Source: a virus (taxonomy: Duplodnaviria > Caudoviricetes). From it: DNA of 64,000 nucleotides. The DNA lies in IMG/VR virus record IMGVR_UViG_3300048855_000167, positions 1 to 64,000 of that record; one strand, written 5' to 3'. This document shows, one piece after another, positions 17,476-26,613 of this stretch. The notes beneath the pieces are model-generated. The model did not search any database, had not been told where the DNA came from, and saw only the letters and a list, made by a program, of their open reading frames with translations. The number at the start of each line of letters is the position of its first letter. Position 1 is the first letter of the stretch. The position numbers and the translations under genes were made by a program.

Positions 17476-19095
17476 TTAATCTATTTTAGGCCAAGTCGGC
17501 CAATCGTATCGGTCACGCTTCTTGCCGTTTTTGCTGACGGTGATGAAGCCGGTATTCACATGCGTCCCGACCGACGAGAACGAGTTAGGCGGGAGATCTT
17601 CCCACCGTGCGCCCATATCCTCCATCAGCTGGCGGAACGCGACCGACTTGTGTGTCTGTCGGAACTCGGTGCCGGCCGACATGATGGCGATCAACTTCCC
17701 GTCGGGCTTGAGGAAATTCAGGGCGTGGACGACATGGTCAATGTCCCGCTCCCGATCGAAGGGTGGGTTCATGACCACCAGGTCGTACAGCCCGGTGGTC
17801 TCTGGCTCGATCGACATGAAGTCCGCATTGAAGACGCGGCCAAGCTTCCTGGCTTTCAGATCCAGGATCAGGTGCGGCTGGATCTCGATGCAGTCGACGA
17901 CGTGGTCGACGCGGTACCGCTCCTGGTCCCAGCTCTTTTCGTAGTCGGGGTAGCACGCGACGGCGAGGTTGCCGGTACCCGCAGACGGCTCCAGGATCTT
18001 CAGGCGATCGCTCTCTTTCGAGCGGTGCCAGACGGGAGAGTTGCGGAGGATACGCTGCGCAGCGGCCGCCGGGGTAGGGTAGAAGCCGAAGTAGCGGGCA
18101 GGTGCCGTCTTCGCCTTCTCCGGGGAAAGCGGATCGTCGTCCACCTTGCGGCCATCGGCCAGCACTTCGCCATAGTATTCGCCGATCAGCTTGTTCACCT
18201 TGGCGACGAGAGCCTTCCGCGTAAACCATAGGTGAGCGTTGCCGTTCTTGAATATGCGGACCTTGAAATACTCGGTCTCAACTTCGGTCTGGCGAGCGCC
18301 GGTCTGACCGTGGCGGGCCAGGTCGATCTCGCCGATGGTCTTAGTGAAGTAGTCGGCGGGCCGCTTCTGGCGCCGGGCTGCTTCATTTTCCTCGTCCTGC
18401 TTGCGAACCTCGTTCAGCTTGCCGTCAAGGATGGTAAACGTCCGCTCGATATCGATCAGCGTGGAGCGCTCGTCCTTGTGGGAGCTCCAGTTCCAACTGC
18501 CGTAATCATTGAAGCAGCGGGTGAGAATCACGCGGGCTCCAACCTTGAACCCGTCGTGCGATCTGAAGCGACGGTCGAGCTTGGCGAAGGCGTTCGCCAT
18601 GCCGCGCCGGAAGATCATGTCGGCGTCCATCATGAACTGCTCGAGCGTCGCGAGGACGTTTTCGACGGTCACCGGCGGCATGCCCTTGGCGGCCTGCTCC
18701 TCGGTGATCAACTGACCGGGCTCGGTCGGCTCTTCGATGATGTGGGACATCTGCTCGCGCAGCTGATCCTTCGCCTGTCGATCCATCAGGTGCTCGAGCT
18801 CGGTGTGGCTGACCACCCATGCCCACACATTCAAGTCGATGATGTGCCGCTTCTCCCGCATGTAGTCGTCGAGGGGCGAGCGGCTGATCGGGTGGAGCGC
18901 GCGCCGAGTGTCGACCTCATACGCCGCGTTGTAAGCGTTGGTGCGGGGGAAGGCGCGCTTCGCCATGTCGATCGCTGCGAGCTCGGCCTCGTGAGCCTCT
19001 TCGATCTTGGCGTGGGCGATTTCGAATAACTCGAGCGCCTTGTCCCGATAGGCGACGATCTGCTCGACCGTGTTGCGGGGCACAACTGCGTTCAT
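17476..19095 (-). CDS. DUF4942-domain SAM-dependent DNA amino-methyltransferase
   Basis: ILEPSAGTGNL, VMNPPF; N-terminal FKIRIFKNGNAHLW-type region (FKVRIFKNGNAHLWF). Confidence 0.85.
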   Translation of the reverse strand: MNAVVPRNTVEQIVAYRDKALELFEIAHAKIEEAHEAELAAIDMAKRAFPRTNAYNAAYEVDTRRALHPISRSPLDDYMREKRHIIDLNVWAWVVSHTELEHLMDRQAKDQLREQMSHIIEEPTEPGQLITEEQAAKGMPPVTVENVLATLEQFMMDADMIFRRGMANAFAKLDRRFRSHDGFKVGARVILTRCFNDYGSWNWSSHKDERSTLIDIERTFTILDGKLNEVRKQDEENEAARRQKRPADYFTKTIGEIDLARHGQTGARQTEVETEYFKVRIFKNGNAHLWFTRKALVAKVNKLIGEYYGEVLADGRKVDDDPLSPEKAKTAPARYFGFYPTPAAAAQRILRNSPVWHRSKESDRLKILEPSAGTGNLAVACYPDYEKSWDQERYRVDHVVDCIEIQPHLILDLKARKLGRVFNADFMSIEPETTGLYDLVVMNPPFDRERDIDHVVHALNFLKPDGKLIAIMSAGTEFRQTHKSVAFRQLMEDMGARWEDLPPNSFSSVGTHVNTGFITVSKNGKKRDRYDWPTWPKID

Positions 19096-19158
19096 GCTGG
19101 TCTCCTGTAGTGCCATGCTTGGCGGGGTGGTGGTAAGGTCGCGCGAGGAGGCGCGACG

Positions 19159-19365
19159 ATGGTGCAATGCGAGGATTGCCGAGATGCGGGATGGGTGTGC
19201 GAGGCTCACCCGACAAAGCCCTGGACCGGGACGCACGGGTGCGGGTGCGGCGCAGCTGGAATGCCATGCCCGCATTGTTCTCAGGATCTTGCTTGGGACA
19301 AGCCGCCGGACACGTCGAAGATCTTTAGATCCGTGACGCACTTAGCCGGCAAGAAGGTGAATTGA
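19159..19365 (+). CDS. Small Cys-rich metal-binding protein
   Basis: CEDC..WVCEAH...CGCG..GMPCPHC. Confidence 0.65.
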   Translation: MVQCEDCRDAGWVCEAHPTKPWTGTHGCGCGAAGMPCPHCSQDLAWDKPPDTSKIFRSVTHLAGKKVN

Positions 19366-19400
19366 CCTCCGTCAGTGTGGACGGCCGGTCGGGCTATTCG

Positions 19401-20447
19401 TCAGGCCAATTCCATTCCGGCAGATTGGAAATCCGCTACGTTGATGCCGTGGCTACGGAAAGCATACGTACCGTCTGGCTGCTCACCGAAGGCCTGGGCC
19501 AGTCGACGGTTTATGAAGAGCCGGTTTCCTCTGAGCCGCTTCACCAGCTCAGCCTCACCTGCGAAACCATGCGCGACGGGTGCAGGGGGGCACTGATCGA
19601 GATCAGCAGCAAGCCTGGATATGTCGTCCTGGAGCCCATCAAGGAAGCTGGCCGGCCTGAAAGACGAGCGATCGACGTTCGCTACGAGGTCGGTCGCCCG
19701 AGTCCGATAGTTCGCGACGAACGACATCAGATCCTGTTCGGAGAGATTGAGCTCCGGTGAGTTAAGGTTGCACGAGATGCCTAAAGCCCCGAGGTCTCGC
19801 ATGATCTTCGTTCTGTATGACTGCGACGGGAACTCAGAGAGCTTTTGGCGTAGCCCCTCCAGCCCGAGGAATGGAACATGAAGCAGGCCAAGCCCGCTGT
19901 CGGTTCTCATCGGGCGGATCTGGATCAACCGACTGTCAGCGATCGGATACTTAGCGTTATGGTTGCCCATGACAGGCAAGATGTCCCGGAGTTTCCGGAG
20001 GTTGTAGATCAGTTTGCGGGTACTGCTGCGCCAAGTGGTGAATAGGAGCTTCCCCTGTCCGTCCAGCGGACCAGCGGATGTGGGAAAGCCATTGCGCCAC
20101 CTCATGGAAGTGACGGCCGTACCGCGGTGCTCTTCCATGAAAGCTGAAAGGTCAGCCTTAGATTTGAAAGGCAGGAACTCGTCGACGTCCAGCAGGAACA
20201 GGAAGTCGAACTCCCGCTTCAGGTCCAGCTTTTTCAGGAAGTATGCAGCGAAAAGCTCTTGAGCAAAGAGACTGGCCGAAACCCTGAAGGTGTCGATGCC
20301 ATCGCGGGCCAGGCCGCTCAATTGGCGGTCGCTGTTGTGGTCGATGATGATGATCTTATCGACAAGGCGTTGATGATGAGCAATGAAGGCGGGTAGGTAT
20401 CCAAATGAGTTCTTTACTTGAACGACTACGACTGCCTTCATTTCCAC
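19401..20447 (-). CDS. Glycosyltransferase family 2 (Glyco_tranf_2_4-like), moron
   Basis: VKNSFGYLPAFIAHHQRLVDKIIIIDHNS, LLDVDEFL DxD motif, GNH, LLHVP; visibly more AT-rich. Confidence 0.85.
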   Translation of the reverse strand: MEMKAVVVVQVKNSFGYLPAFIAHHQRLVDKIIIIDHNSDRQLSGLARDGIDTFRVSASLFAQELFAAYFLKKLDLKREFDFLFLLDVDEFLPFKSKADLSAFMEEHRGTAVTSMRWRNGFPTSAGPLDGQGKLLFTTWRSSTRKLIYNLRKLRDILPVMGNHNAKYPIADSRLIQIRPMRTDSGLGLLHVPFLGLEGLRQKLSEFPSQSYRTKIMRDLGALGISCNLNSPELNLSEQDLMSFVANYRTRATDLVANVDRSSFRPASFLDGLQDDISRLAADLDQCPPAPVAHGFAGEAELVKRLRGNRLFINRRLAQAFGEQPDGTYAFRSHGINVADFQSAGMELA

Positions 20448-20593
20448 GACCCTTCAAACCCAAACCTGTAAAACTGCTGCAGCGCAAAAAAACGTGTCTT
20501 TATAAGCATTGCTTACACCATACTGTAGAATGTGGCGGACCCAAAGCAAGAAGCGGTTGTGCTTCCTCACCCATTATTTTTTGCAGTTTCGCC

Positions 20594-20892
20594 TCAAGAA
20601 CCTGTTTGAGACGTCAAGGTTCCTGCCCATTGGGCGCCCTCCGTCGGGGAGGCGGCAAGAGCGGCGCGGCCGGCTGCTGTCAGTGTTGTGGTGCTCGTGT
20701 CGAAGCTGGTGTCGTGACTGGTTTGAAGCCAGCCCTTCTCTTGCAACGATTGAAGGTGTCGTCATGCTTACCGTGCACTTCGTCCTAGCAGAACCAGGTG
20801 AGCCAATTGCCCGGATAGTCGCGGCTGTCGGTCCGGCGGCCCATCGCCGCCATGATCTGCAGGAGGATGAATTCCTTCTGCTCAAGCCCCAT
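20594..20892 (-). pseudogene. Disrupted winged-helix-like phage gene
   Basis: MGLEQKEFILLQIMAAMGRRTDSRDYPGNWLTWFC, TAG at 20785-20787, DEVHGKHDDTFNRC, frameshift near 20745, then KGWLQTSHDTSFDTSTTTLTAAGRAAL. Confidence 0.5.
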
Positions 20893-21026
20893 CGCATTCG
20901 GTGCGGGCGATGGGGCCCGTCGTAGATCAACTGCTCGGTCTATGGGGGATTGTGAGCCATCTCTACCTGCAGCCGGGGGTAATTCTTAAGTACCTTTGCG
21001 ACAAATTCCATCGGGATGCCTATTCG

Positions 21027-21512
21027 ATGTCAGGGAAAGTGGAACGAGCCGTGAAGAGCAGGAATAAGTGGGGACTGATCGGGGTCCCGCTGGGTGGGTT
21101 ATGGTCGTTGGCAACGTACTTTTTTGGCGTTGGCGATGTGCCCTACTACGATTGGAAAACGGCTAATTCAGAGATGCTCGGGATGAACATTGGAGCGCTG
21201 TTAGGGGGACCTCTGATTTTCGGCATAATCGGTTTTTTGGCCGGACTAGTTTACGACCTGTTTAAGCGACGCCGCATGCCTAGGTACTACTTCCATGTCC
21301 GAGAGGGCGGTGTCCTCGGGAAAGATCCTAAGGGAACTAAGTTTGCCAACCTCGACGACGCCTACGATTATGCCGTCAAGGCCGCGCGGGAGGTAATTGC
21401 GGAGGTGGGTCTGGCCAACGACGTTATTGACGTGACCCGTTTCGAAATCACCGCCGAGGACGGGACTGTGCTTCGGGAGGTGCTGTTCCGATCCGCAGTT
21501 CAGCTCGACTAG
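21027..21512 (+). CDS. Two-TM membrane segment in frame with a DUF6894 domain (DUF6894 alone from 21276)
   Basis: Hydrophobic N-half, then MPRYYFHVREGG...FANLDDAYDYAVKAAREVI. Confidence 0.65.
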   Translation: MSGKVERAVKSRNKWGLIGVPLGGLWSLATYFFGVGDVPYYDWKTANSEMLGMNIGALLGGPLIFGIIGFLAGLVYDLFKRRRMPRYYFHVREGGVLGKDPKGTKFANLDDAYDYAVKAAREVIAEVGLANDVIDVTRFEITAEDGTVLREVLFRSAVQLD

Positions 21513-21644
21513 TCCGCCCGGTTTCAACTGGGGTGATGGGTCGGAAGCGACGGCAGCGATTGTGCTGGAGACCCTGCTCAACCGGTGACGGGAACGTGTT
21601 TCCCTTCTGGATGTTGGGGAGCTCCCAAGTATGAGAGTTGGAAC

Positions 21645-21896
21645 ATGCATGACCCTAGACGATGGCGTCGACCTGTTATCTACGAAGACGCGAGCGGCCT
21701 TGTCCGTAAAGTCAGCAGCACAGAGGAGGCGGCGGATATCCTGATTTCGTCGTGGCCGGTCAGCACTGGCAGAGAGTTCGAGAAGGCCCGTGAGATTTTC
21801 TTGCAGGTCATGAGCGGGGGACGGCCTCCGAGTGAAGCCCGGGCTGCATTTCTGCGAGCGGCGGAAGAAGCTGACCTCGATGTCAGCGGCAACTAA
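21645..21896 (+). CDS. DUF982 domain protein
   Basis: VSSTEEAADILISSWP...ARAAFLRAAEEA. Confidence 0.8.
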   Translation: MHDPRRWRRPVIYEDASGLVRKVSSTEEAADILISSWPVSTGREFEKAREIFLQVMSGGRPPSEARAAFLRAAEEADLDVSGN

Positions 21897-22004
21897 CCCG
21901 AGATACCGGTGTCCGGGTCGCCGCTCAGGCGCGGAAGTGTACGCTTCTTGACGAACGCGCTCTGCAGCCTTGACGGTTCGCCAAACGTGTTTGAGATTTA
22001 GCTC

Positions 22005-22286
22005 ATGCGAACGTTCTATTTTCACCTGAACCACCTGAGAGAGTTCATTGCCGATCCGGACGGTTCGGAACTCCCGGATCTCGAAGCGGCGAAGTCGGAG
22101 GCCCGCCAGGGTATCCGTGACATAGCGGCTGAATGCCTTCGGGCACGTCGAGAGTTCACACTCTGGAGTGTCCGAATTTGCAACGAAGAAGGTGATTTGC
22201 TGGCCGAAGTCTTGGCTCCCGAAGCCCTTAACGAGGTGCTTACCGGCCACATCTTCGTGTCGTCGAACTCCGACAGTCATGTCTGA
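22005..22286 (+). CDS. DUF6894 family protein
   Basis: FYFHL...DPDGSELPDLEAAKSEA. Confidence 0.8.
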   Translation: MRTFYFHLNHLREFIADPDGSELPDLEAAKSEARQGIRDIAAECLRARREFTLWSVRICNEEGDLLAEVLAPEALNEVLTGHIFVSSNSDSHV

Positions 22287-22291
22287 GCGGC

Positions 22292-22612
22292 TCATTGGCG
22301 GGCCTCCATCGCGGAGGCGGCAAGGGCGCGCGTGATCCTGTTCCAGGCAATAGCCTCGAGGTCGATTTCACTGTCGCTTGGCTTGTTGCCGGCGGCGATC
22401 GTCACCTCGTTCAGGTGGTGCCAGTGGGCGAACTCTTTGACGGTCGTGAGGAGATCACTCGCCACATGTGCCTGGGGCGGTGGGGTGCCGCCATCCTCAA
22501 TCTCCGCCAGTCGAGCAGCGGCCTCACGGCATGCGTCTCGCATATCGACCAGCTGTTTCGGGACTTTCTGTTTGTCTCCCCACCAGCGGAGTCGCTCAAT
22601 CAGTGTCGGCAT
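22292..22612 (-). CDS. Hypothetical phage protein
   Basis: MPTLIERLR...CREAAARLAEIE; follows dnaN. Confidence 0.65.
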   Translation of the reverse strand: MPTLIERLRWWGDKQKVPKQLVDMRDACREAAARLAEIEDGGTPPPQAHVASDLLTTVKEFAHWHHLNEVTIAAGNKPSDSEIDLEAIAWNRITRALAASAMEARQ

Positions 22613-22645
22613 TTCGATCTTCTTTGAGTTTGTCGGATGGTCGGG

Positions 22646-23806
22646 TCAAACCCGCATCGGCATCATGACGTAGGTGACGTCGTCATCGGCGCCGTCCTTG
22701 ACGATGGCCGGGTCGCCCGGTCCTCCGAGCTCAAGCATTGCGCCGCCGTCCAGCTGCGCCAGGATCTCGAGCAGGTAGCCGGCGTTGAAGCCGATCTCGA
22801 GTGTCACGTCGTGGTCGACGGTGATTTCGGTCGATGCGTGGCCGAAGTCCGGATCGTAGCAGGTGACGGCAATCTCGCCCGGGGTCAGCGTCAGCTTTGA
22901 CGATCGGCTCTTCTCGGCCGAGATGGACGAGGCCTGCTTGAGGGCGTCGATAAAGGCTGCCGTCCGGACCGGAACCTTGTGCTCGTTCCGCGTAGGGATG
23001 ACGCGCAGGTAATCCGGGAACGTGCCGTCGACCACCTTCGACTCGAGCAGCTCATCCTCACCGATGAGGAAGGACACGCCGTTGTCCGCGACCGAGACCA
23101 TGATATCGGACGGGCACTCCTTCCGCTTCAGGAGGCGCAGCAGCTCGCCGACTGTCTTCCGCGGGATGATGACGCCGTTCTCGGTCGCTTCCGCACCAGC
23201 CGGCGCCGGGATCTCGAAGCGAGCCAGGCGGTGACCGTCGGTCGCAACGAACGCCAGCCGGTTGTCGTGAGTGAGGTGCATGAAGACGCCGTTGAGATAG
23301 TAGCGCGTCTCCTCGGTTGAGATTGCGAGCTGGATCTTCGACATTGCCTTCAGCAGTGTGGCCGCCGGCACCATGAAGCTGACGTTCGACTTGCCGAGAG
23401 CGGTTCGGAACGCGGCGTCTTCCGGAAACTCCGACCGCTCGTGCTCCTGCTTCAGGGTGAGCTTCAACTTGCCGATCGAGACAGCCAGGCTATCACCGTC
23501 CAGGGTGAAGTTGATGTTGGCTGCGTCCTTCACCTTGTCCATGATGCCCTTCAGCTTGTGGGCATCGACGATCGCGAGGAAGCCGGTGTCAGCCTTACCG
23601 GCGACCAGCGTCGTGCTGTAGAGGTCCATGTCCGTGCCGATGACGTTCACGCCCTTGCGGTTGGAGGTGATGAGCACGGTGTTGAGGACCGGGATCGTGC
23701 TCTTCTTCTCGACCACCTTGCAGGCGTTGAGCATGGCCTTCTTGAAAACCGAATAATCGAGGGAGGCCGTCGACACAGGTGCGGCGATGATGGCGAGTGC
23801 GTTCAT
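22646..23806 (-). CDS. dnaN: DNA polymerase III beta sliding clamp, phage-encoded
   Basis: KSTIPVLNTVL, AISTEETRYYLNGV, VATDGHRLA, GTFPDY, IGFNAGYL, YVMMPMRV. Confidence 0.93.
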   Translation of the reverse strand: MNALAIIAAPVSTASLDYSVFKKAMLNACKVVEKKSTIPVLNTVLITSNRKGVNVIGTDMDLYSTTLVAGKADTGFLAIVDAHKLKGIMDKVKDAANINFTLDGDSLAVSIGKLKLTLKQEHERSEFPEDAAFRTALGKSNVSFMVPAATLLKAMSKIQLAISTEETRYYLNGVFMHLTHDNRLAFVATDGHRLARFEIPAPAGAEATENGVIIPRKTVGELLRLLKRKECPSDIMVSVADNGVSFLIGEDELLESKVVDGTFPDYLRVIPTRNEHKVPVRTAAFIDALKQASSISAEKSRSSKLTLTPGEIAVTCYDPDFGHASTEITVDHDVTLEIGFNAGYLLEILAQLDGGAMLELGGPGDPAIVKDGADDDVTYVMMPMRV

Positions 23807-23905
23807 TGATAGTCTCCGTGGTTCGCATGATTGCGGGGGGCGTACCGGGGGCGATTGACTCTCTTCGCTCTCCGGTTGAGAAACATCTCAAAGAGAGGGT
23901 ATTTT

Positions 23906-24226
23906 ATGCGCGCATTGTTGGTTGTTGTTTTCTTCGCAATCGCCGTCCCGGCGGCAGCATTGTCAGATCTGCAGAGGATGGAGCTAAGCCACAACCTCGG
24001 CATGACCCTTGCCTCAGAGGAACTTTGTGGTCTGCATTATGATCAGGATGCGATCGCAGCTTTCATAGAAAAGAAGGTGCCGGCAGACGATATGTCATTT
24101 GCCGGCTCGCTCAACATAATGACGATAGGTTCCGGGGTTCAGATCAAGGAAATGTCCCCGTCCTCGTTGACCGCGCACTGCGCGCAGATGAAGCGCGTGG
24201 CCAAGAGTTACGGCTTTATCAAGTGA
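23906..24226 (+). CDS. Secreted/periplasmic hypothetical protein
   Basis: Signal peptide MRALLVVVFFAIAVPAAA; two Cys; antisense to the island. Confidence 0.7.
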   Translation: MRALLVVVFFAIAVPAAALSDLQRMELSHNLGMTLASEELCGLHYDQDAIAAFIEKKVPADDMSFAGSLNIMTIGSGVQIKEMSPSSLTAHCAQMKRVAKSYGFIK

Positions 24227-24235
24227 CCAGGCCAC

Positions 24236-25402
24236 CTAGACGGAAATGCTGATCGGCTCACCGAACGGCAGATCCGCCGTCAACTCGTCGAACTTGCGCG
24301 GGTCGCCGTAGACCCCCCACAAAACCGGGATGTCCGGGTCGTCGCCGAAGTCGTAGACCTCCAGGTCGGTGAGGTAGATGATGAAGCGTGCATCCGGGTA
24401 CCGCTCCATGATGACCCTGAAGGAGTCGCGGAATGCGGTGCCGCCGCCGCCAACCGGGCGGAGCTTGAGCTCGTCCCCGTTCTCGAACTCCTCGATCCCC
24501 TGCACCTTGGCGTCGGCGTAGATGACGGTCAGCTTGTCGACCGCGCCCTCCTGGAATGCACCGTTGATTTCCGCGGCGAACGCCTTGCAGGGGACATCGT
24601 CGAAGACGGAGCCGGAGGAGTCCTGCACGATAACGCCGTGGCTGACGCCGTCACTGATCAAGCCCGGGGTGATGTAGCCGAGCGGCAGCATGCGCCGGTT
24701 CGGCTTAGCCCAGCTGAAATCCCTGGTCATGGACTCGTCGATGAAGCGGCGGAGCACCGCGCGCCAGTCCACCTTGGGGCGGAGCAGCTCTTCCACGAGC
24801 TTCGCGATGTTGGCGGGTAGTTTGCCGGCCTGCGCTCCCTTAGCAGCCATGGCGGCCTGCTGGATCTGCACGTTCATCTCCGCCTCGAGCTCGGCAATGG
24901 CCGACTGGTCATGCGGTGCGCAGCCGTCGAGCACACCGCCGCAACCGCCGCCGTCCATGCTGTTCTCGTCGGAGTCGTCGCCGTTGTTCTCATCGTCGAG
25001 GATTCGGTAGATTTCCTCAGCGGAGAGCCCAGTGAAACGCGGCTCAAGCAGCCCGCATTCCGGCATCTTGCCGACCTTGCACTCGACCAGTTCGCCGTTG
25101 ATGGCGTAGTCGGCGGCCTTGTTCCAGCGCCCGGGCTTGCGGTGCTGCCGGCGGGTGTGATGCTTCAGCGCGTTGTGCATGACCTCGTGAGCCAGGACGA
25201 AAACCAGCTCGTCCTTCTTCAGGTCCATGACGAACGGCGTGTGGTAGTAGAGGTGGCGCCCGTCGGTCGCCATCGTGTCGATGCGCGGGTCATTGGTCGC
25301 ATCGATCTTCTTCAGCTGCAGCATGAGCACGCCGAAGAACGGGTGGTCCCATAGCAGGGCCGTCTGCGCGGCGAGGATCTTGTCTTGGACGTTCATGGTC
25401 AT
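24236..25402 (-). CDS. DUF2201-type metallopeptidase plus vWA domain protein
   Basis: TMATDG, AHEVMH (HExxH), WNKAADYAIN, MIDAS-like DSSGSV, GGGGTAF, YLTDL. Confidence 0.88.
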   Translation of the reverse strand: MTMNVQDKILAAQTALLWDHPFFGVLMLQLKKIDATNDPRIDTMATDGRHLYYHTPFVMDLKKDELVFVLAHEVMHNALKHHTRRQHRKPGRWNKAADYAINGELVECKVGKMPECGLLEPRFTGLSAEEIYRILDDENNGDDSDENSMDGGGCGGVLDGCAPHDQSAIAELEAEMNVQIQQAAMAAKGAQAGKLPANIAKLVEELLRPKVDWRAVLRRFIDESMTRDFSWAKPNRRMLPLGYITPGLISDGVSHGVIVQDSSGSVFDDVPCKAFAAEINGAFQEGAVDKLTVIYADAKVQGIEEFENGDELKLRPVGGGGTAFRDSFRVIMERYPDARFIIYLTDLEVYDFGDDPDIPVLWGVYGDPRKFDELTADLPFGEPISISV

Positions 25403-25701
25403 GTCCTTCGTGCATGGTTGCGGGTGATGGAGGCGGCAATGCAGTCGGCGATCACTTCCGCCGGCAGTATTCGGTTGGCGACTTCGGCCGACAGGCTAGG
25501 ACTAAAGGTCCAGTAGTCAGTGGCGAGTTTGGAAGGCACCTTCTCAAGCTCGAAGCATCTTCGCCGGATGAAATACCAGAGATAGTAGGTGCGGATGCCT
25601 CGTTTGATGCCCCATAGCTGTGCGTGAACTGACCGGTCGGGGTTATCGTCATCGAGAGTCAGAGCCGCTAGCCACGCTTGCTTGCGGGCTTCGCTTGTCA
25701 T
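25399..25701 (-). CDS. Hypothetical protein
   Basis: MTSEARKQAW; 4-nt overlaps both sides. Confidence 0.6.
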   Translation of the reverse strand: MTSEARKQAWLAALTLDDDNPDRSVHAQLWGIKRGIRTYYLWYFIRRRCFELEKVPSKLATDYWTFSPSLSAEVANRILPAEVIADCIAASITRNHARRT

Positions 25702-25979
25702 GCCGCCGGCTTCATCGACAGCCGGGTGATGTGCGCCAGCTGGTCGGGCAGCAAGGCGGCGCGAAACTCCCCAATCCTCTCGTCCGTGATGCCTCTGCCC
25801 ATCTCCTTGCCGTGCCGGAACTTCACGAATTTTCGAAGGGTAAACTCTCGCACTTTCGGCTCGTAGGTGAGGCGGTACCGGCTTCGAGGATATTTGCGGG
25901 AGACGGGATCGAAATAGAAACGCACCGTCCCATCCTTCTCCTTCGACCATGGCGCTTTGAAGCGGCCTTTGATGTCCAT
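25698..25979 (-). CDS. Hypothetical protein
   Basis: AAGGAGG SD; 93 aa. Confidence 0.65.
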   Translation of the reverse strand: MDIKGRFKAPWSKEKDGTVRFYFDPVSRKYPRSRYRLTYEPKVREFTLRKFVKFRHGKEMGRGITDERIGEFRAALLPDQLAHITRLSMKPAA

Positions 25980-25982
25980 GGT

Positions 25983-26252
25983 TTACCTCCTTGTGATTGC
26001 CAGCGCCGTCGCCTTCGCGATCTCGGCCGCCGAGAGTTTAGATTTCAGGACGTTGGTGATGGTGTCGTCCATCGTTAAAGTGGTGTCGCCGTCGATAAAC
26101 ATCGTCGGGTGGAGGCAGTCGCCGGCCTCCGGTGAAATGCCCGCGGCGGCAAGTCCGGCCCGGTTCCGGCGCCCCTCGACTGACTGCTTGCCGGTGTGGC
26201 TCGCGGAGAACTTCCTCGCCGACGGCCCCCACACAGCCTTAAATTTAGGCAC
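25983..26252 (-). CDS. Hypothetical protein
   Basis: 89 aa, coupled to upstream gene. Confidence 0.55.
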   Translation of the reverse strand: MPKFKAVWGPSARKFSASHTGKQSVEGRRNRAGLAAAGISPEAGDCLHPTMFIDGDTTLTMDDTITNVLKSKLSAAEIAKATALAITRR

Positions 26253-26613
26253 CCATCTTCCCTCCTCGGATTGAGATCGCCGTCACCTCGGCGATATCTT
26301 CGGGCCTGAGCATCGACTTGAGTGCCACTGCCACGCTGCCTTTTGGGAGCATGCTGCGCAGGATGGCGATCGGGCGGTAAAGGTCCGCGAGATCGTTCGT
26401 GTGAACCTTGTCCCAATGGTTCACGGACAAGGCGGTCGAGGTGAATTTGCGCGTCCTCATGCTGAACGCGAGGTGATATCTGCGTAGTTCACCGGCGGCT
26501 GTCACGCCGATGAACTCCCACTTGCAGATCTCGATCACGCGGTCCGGGAAGGAGCCGGAATCACTCGTCTTGTACGAGATCGGCCCGGCAATCCAATGCA
26601 GGCCTTTATCCAA
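26245..26613 (-). CDS. Hypothetical protein
   Basis: 122 aa, overlaps AAA stop. Confidence 0.6.
   Translation of the reverse strand: MDKGLHWIAGPISYKTSDSGSFPDRVIEICKWEFIGVTAAGELRRYHLAFSMRTRKFTSTALSVNHWDKVHTNDLADLYRPIAILRSMLPKGSVAVALKSMLRPEDIAEVTAISIRGGKMGA

Noticed and set aside
19362-19760. 132-aa plus-strand ORF
   Set aside because: Almost entirely antisense to the GT2 3' end; TTG start, no recognisable motif
20860-20900. MRWGL motif suggesting an SRAP peptidase
   Set aside because: No other SRAP motifs; another frame explains the region better as a pseudogene
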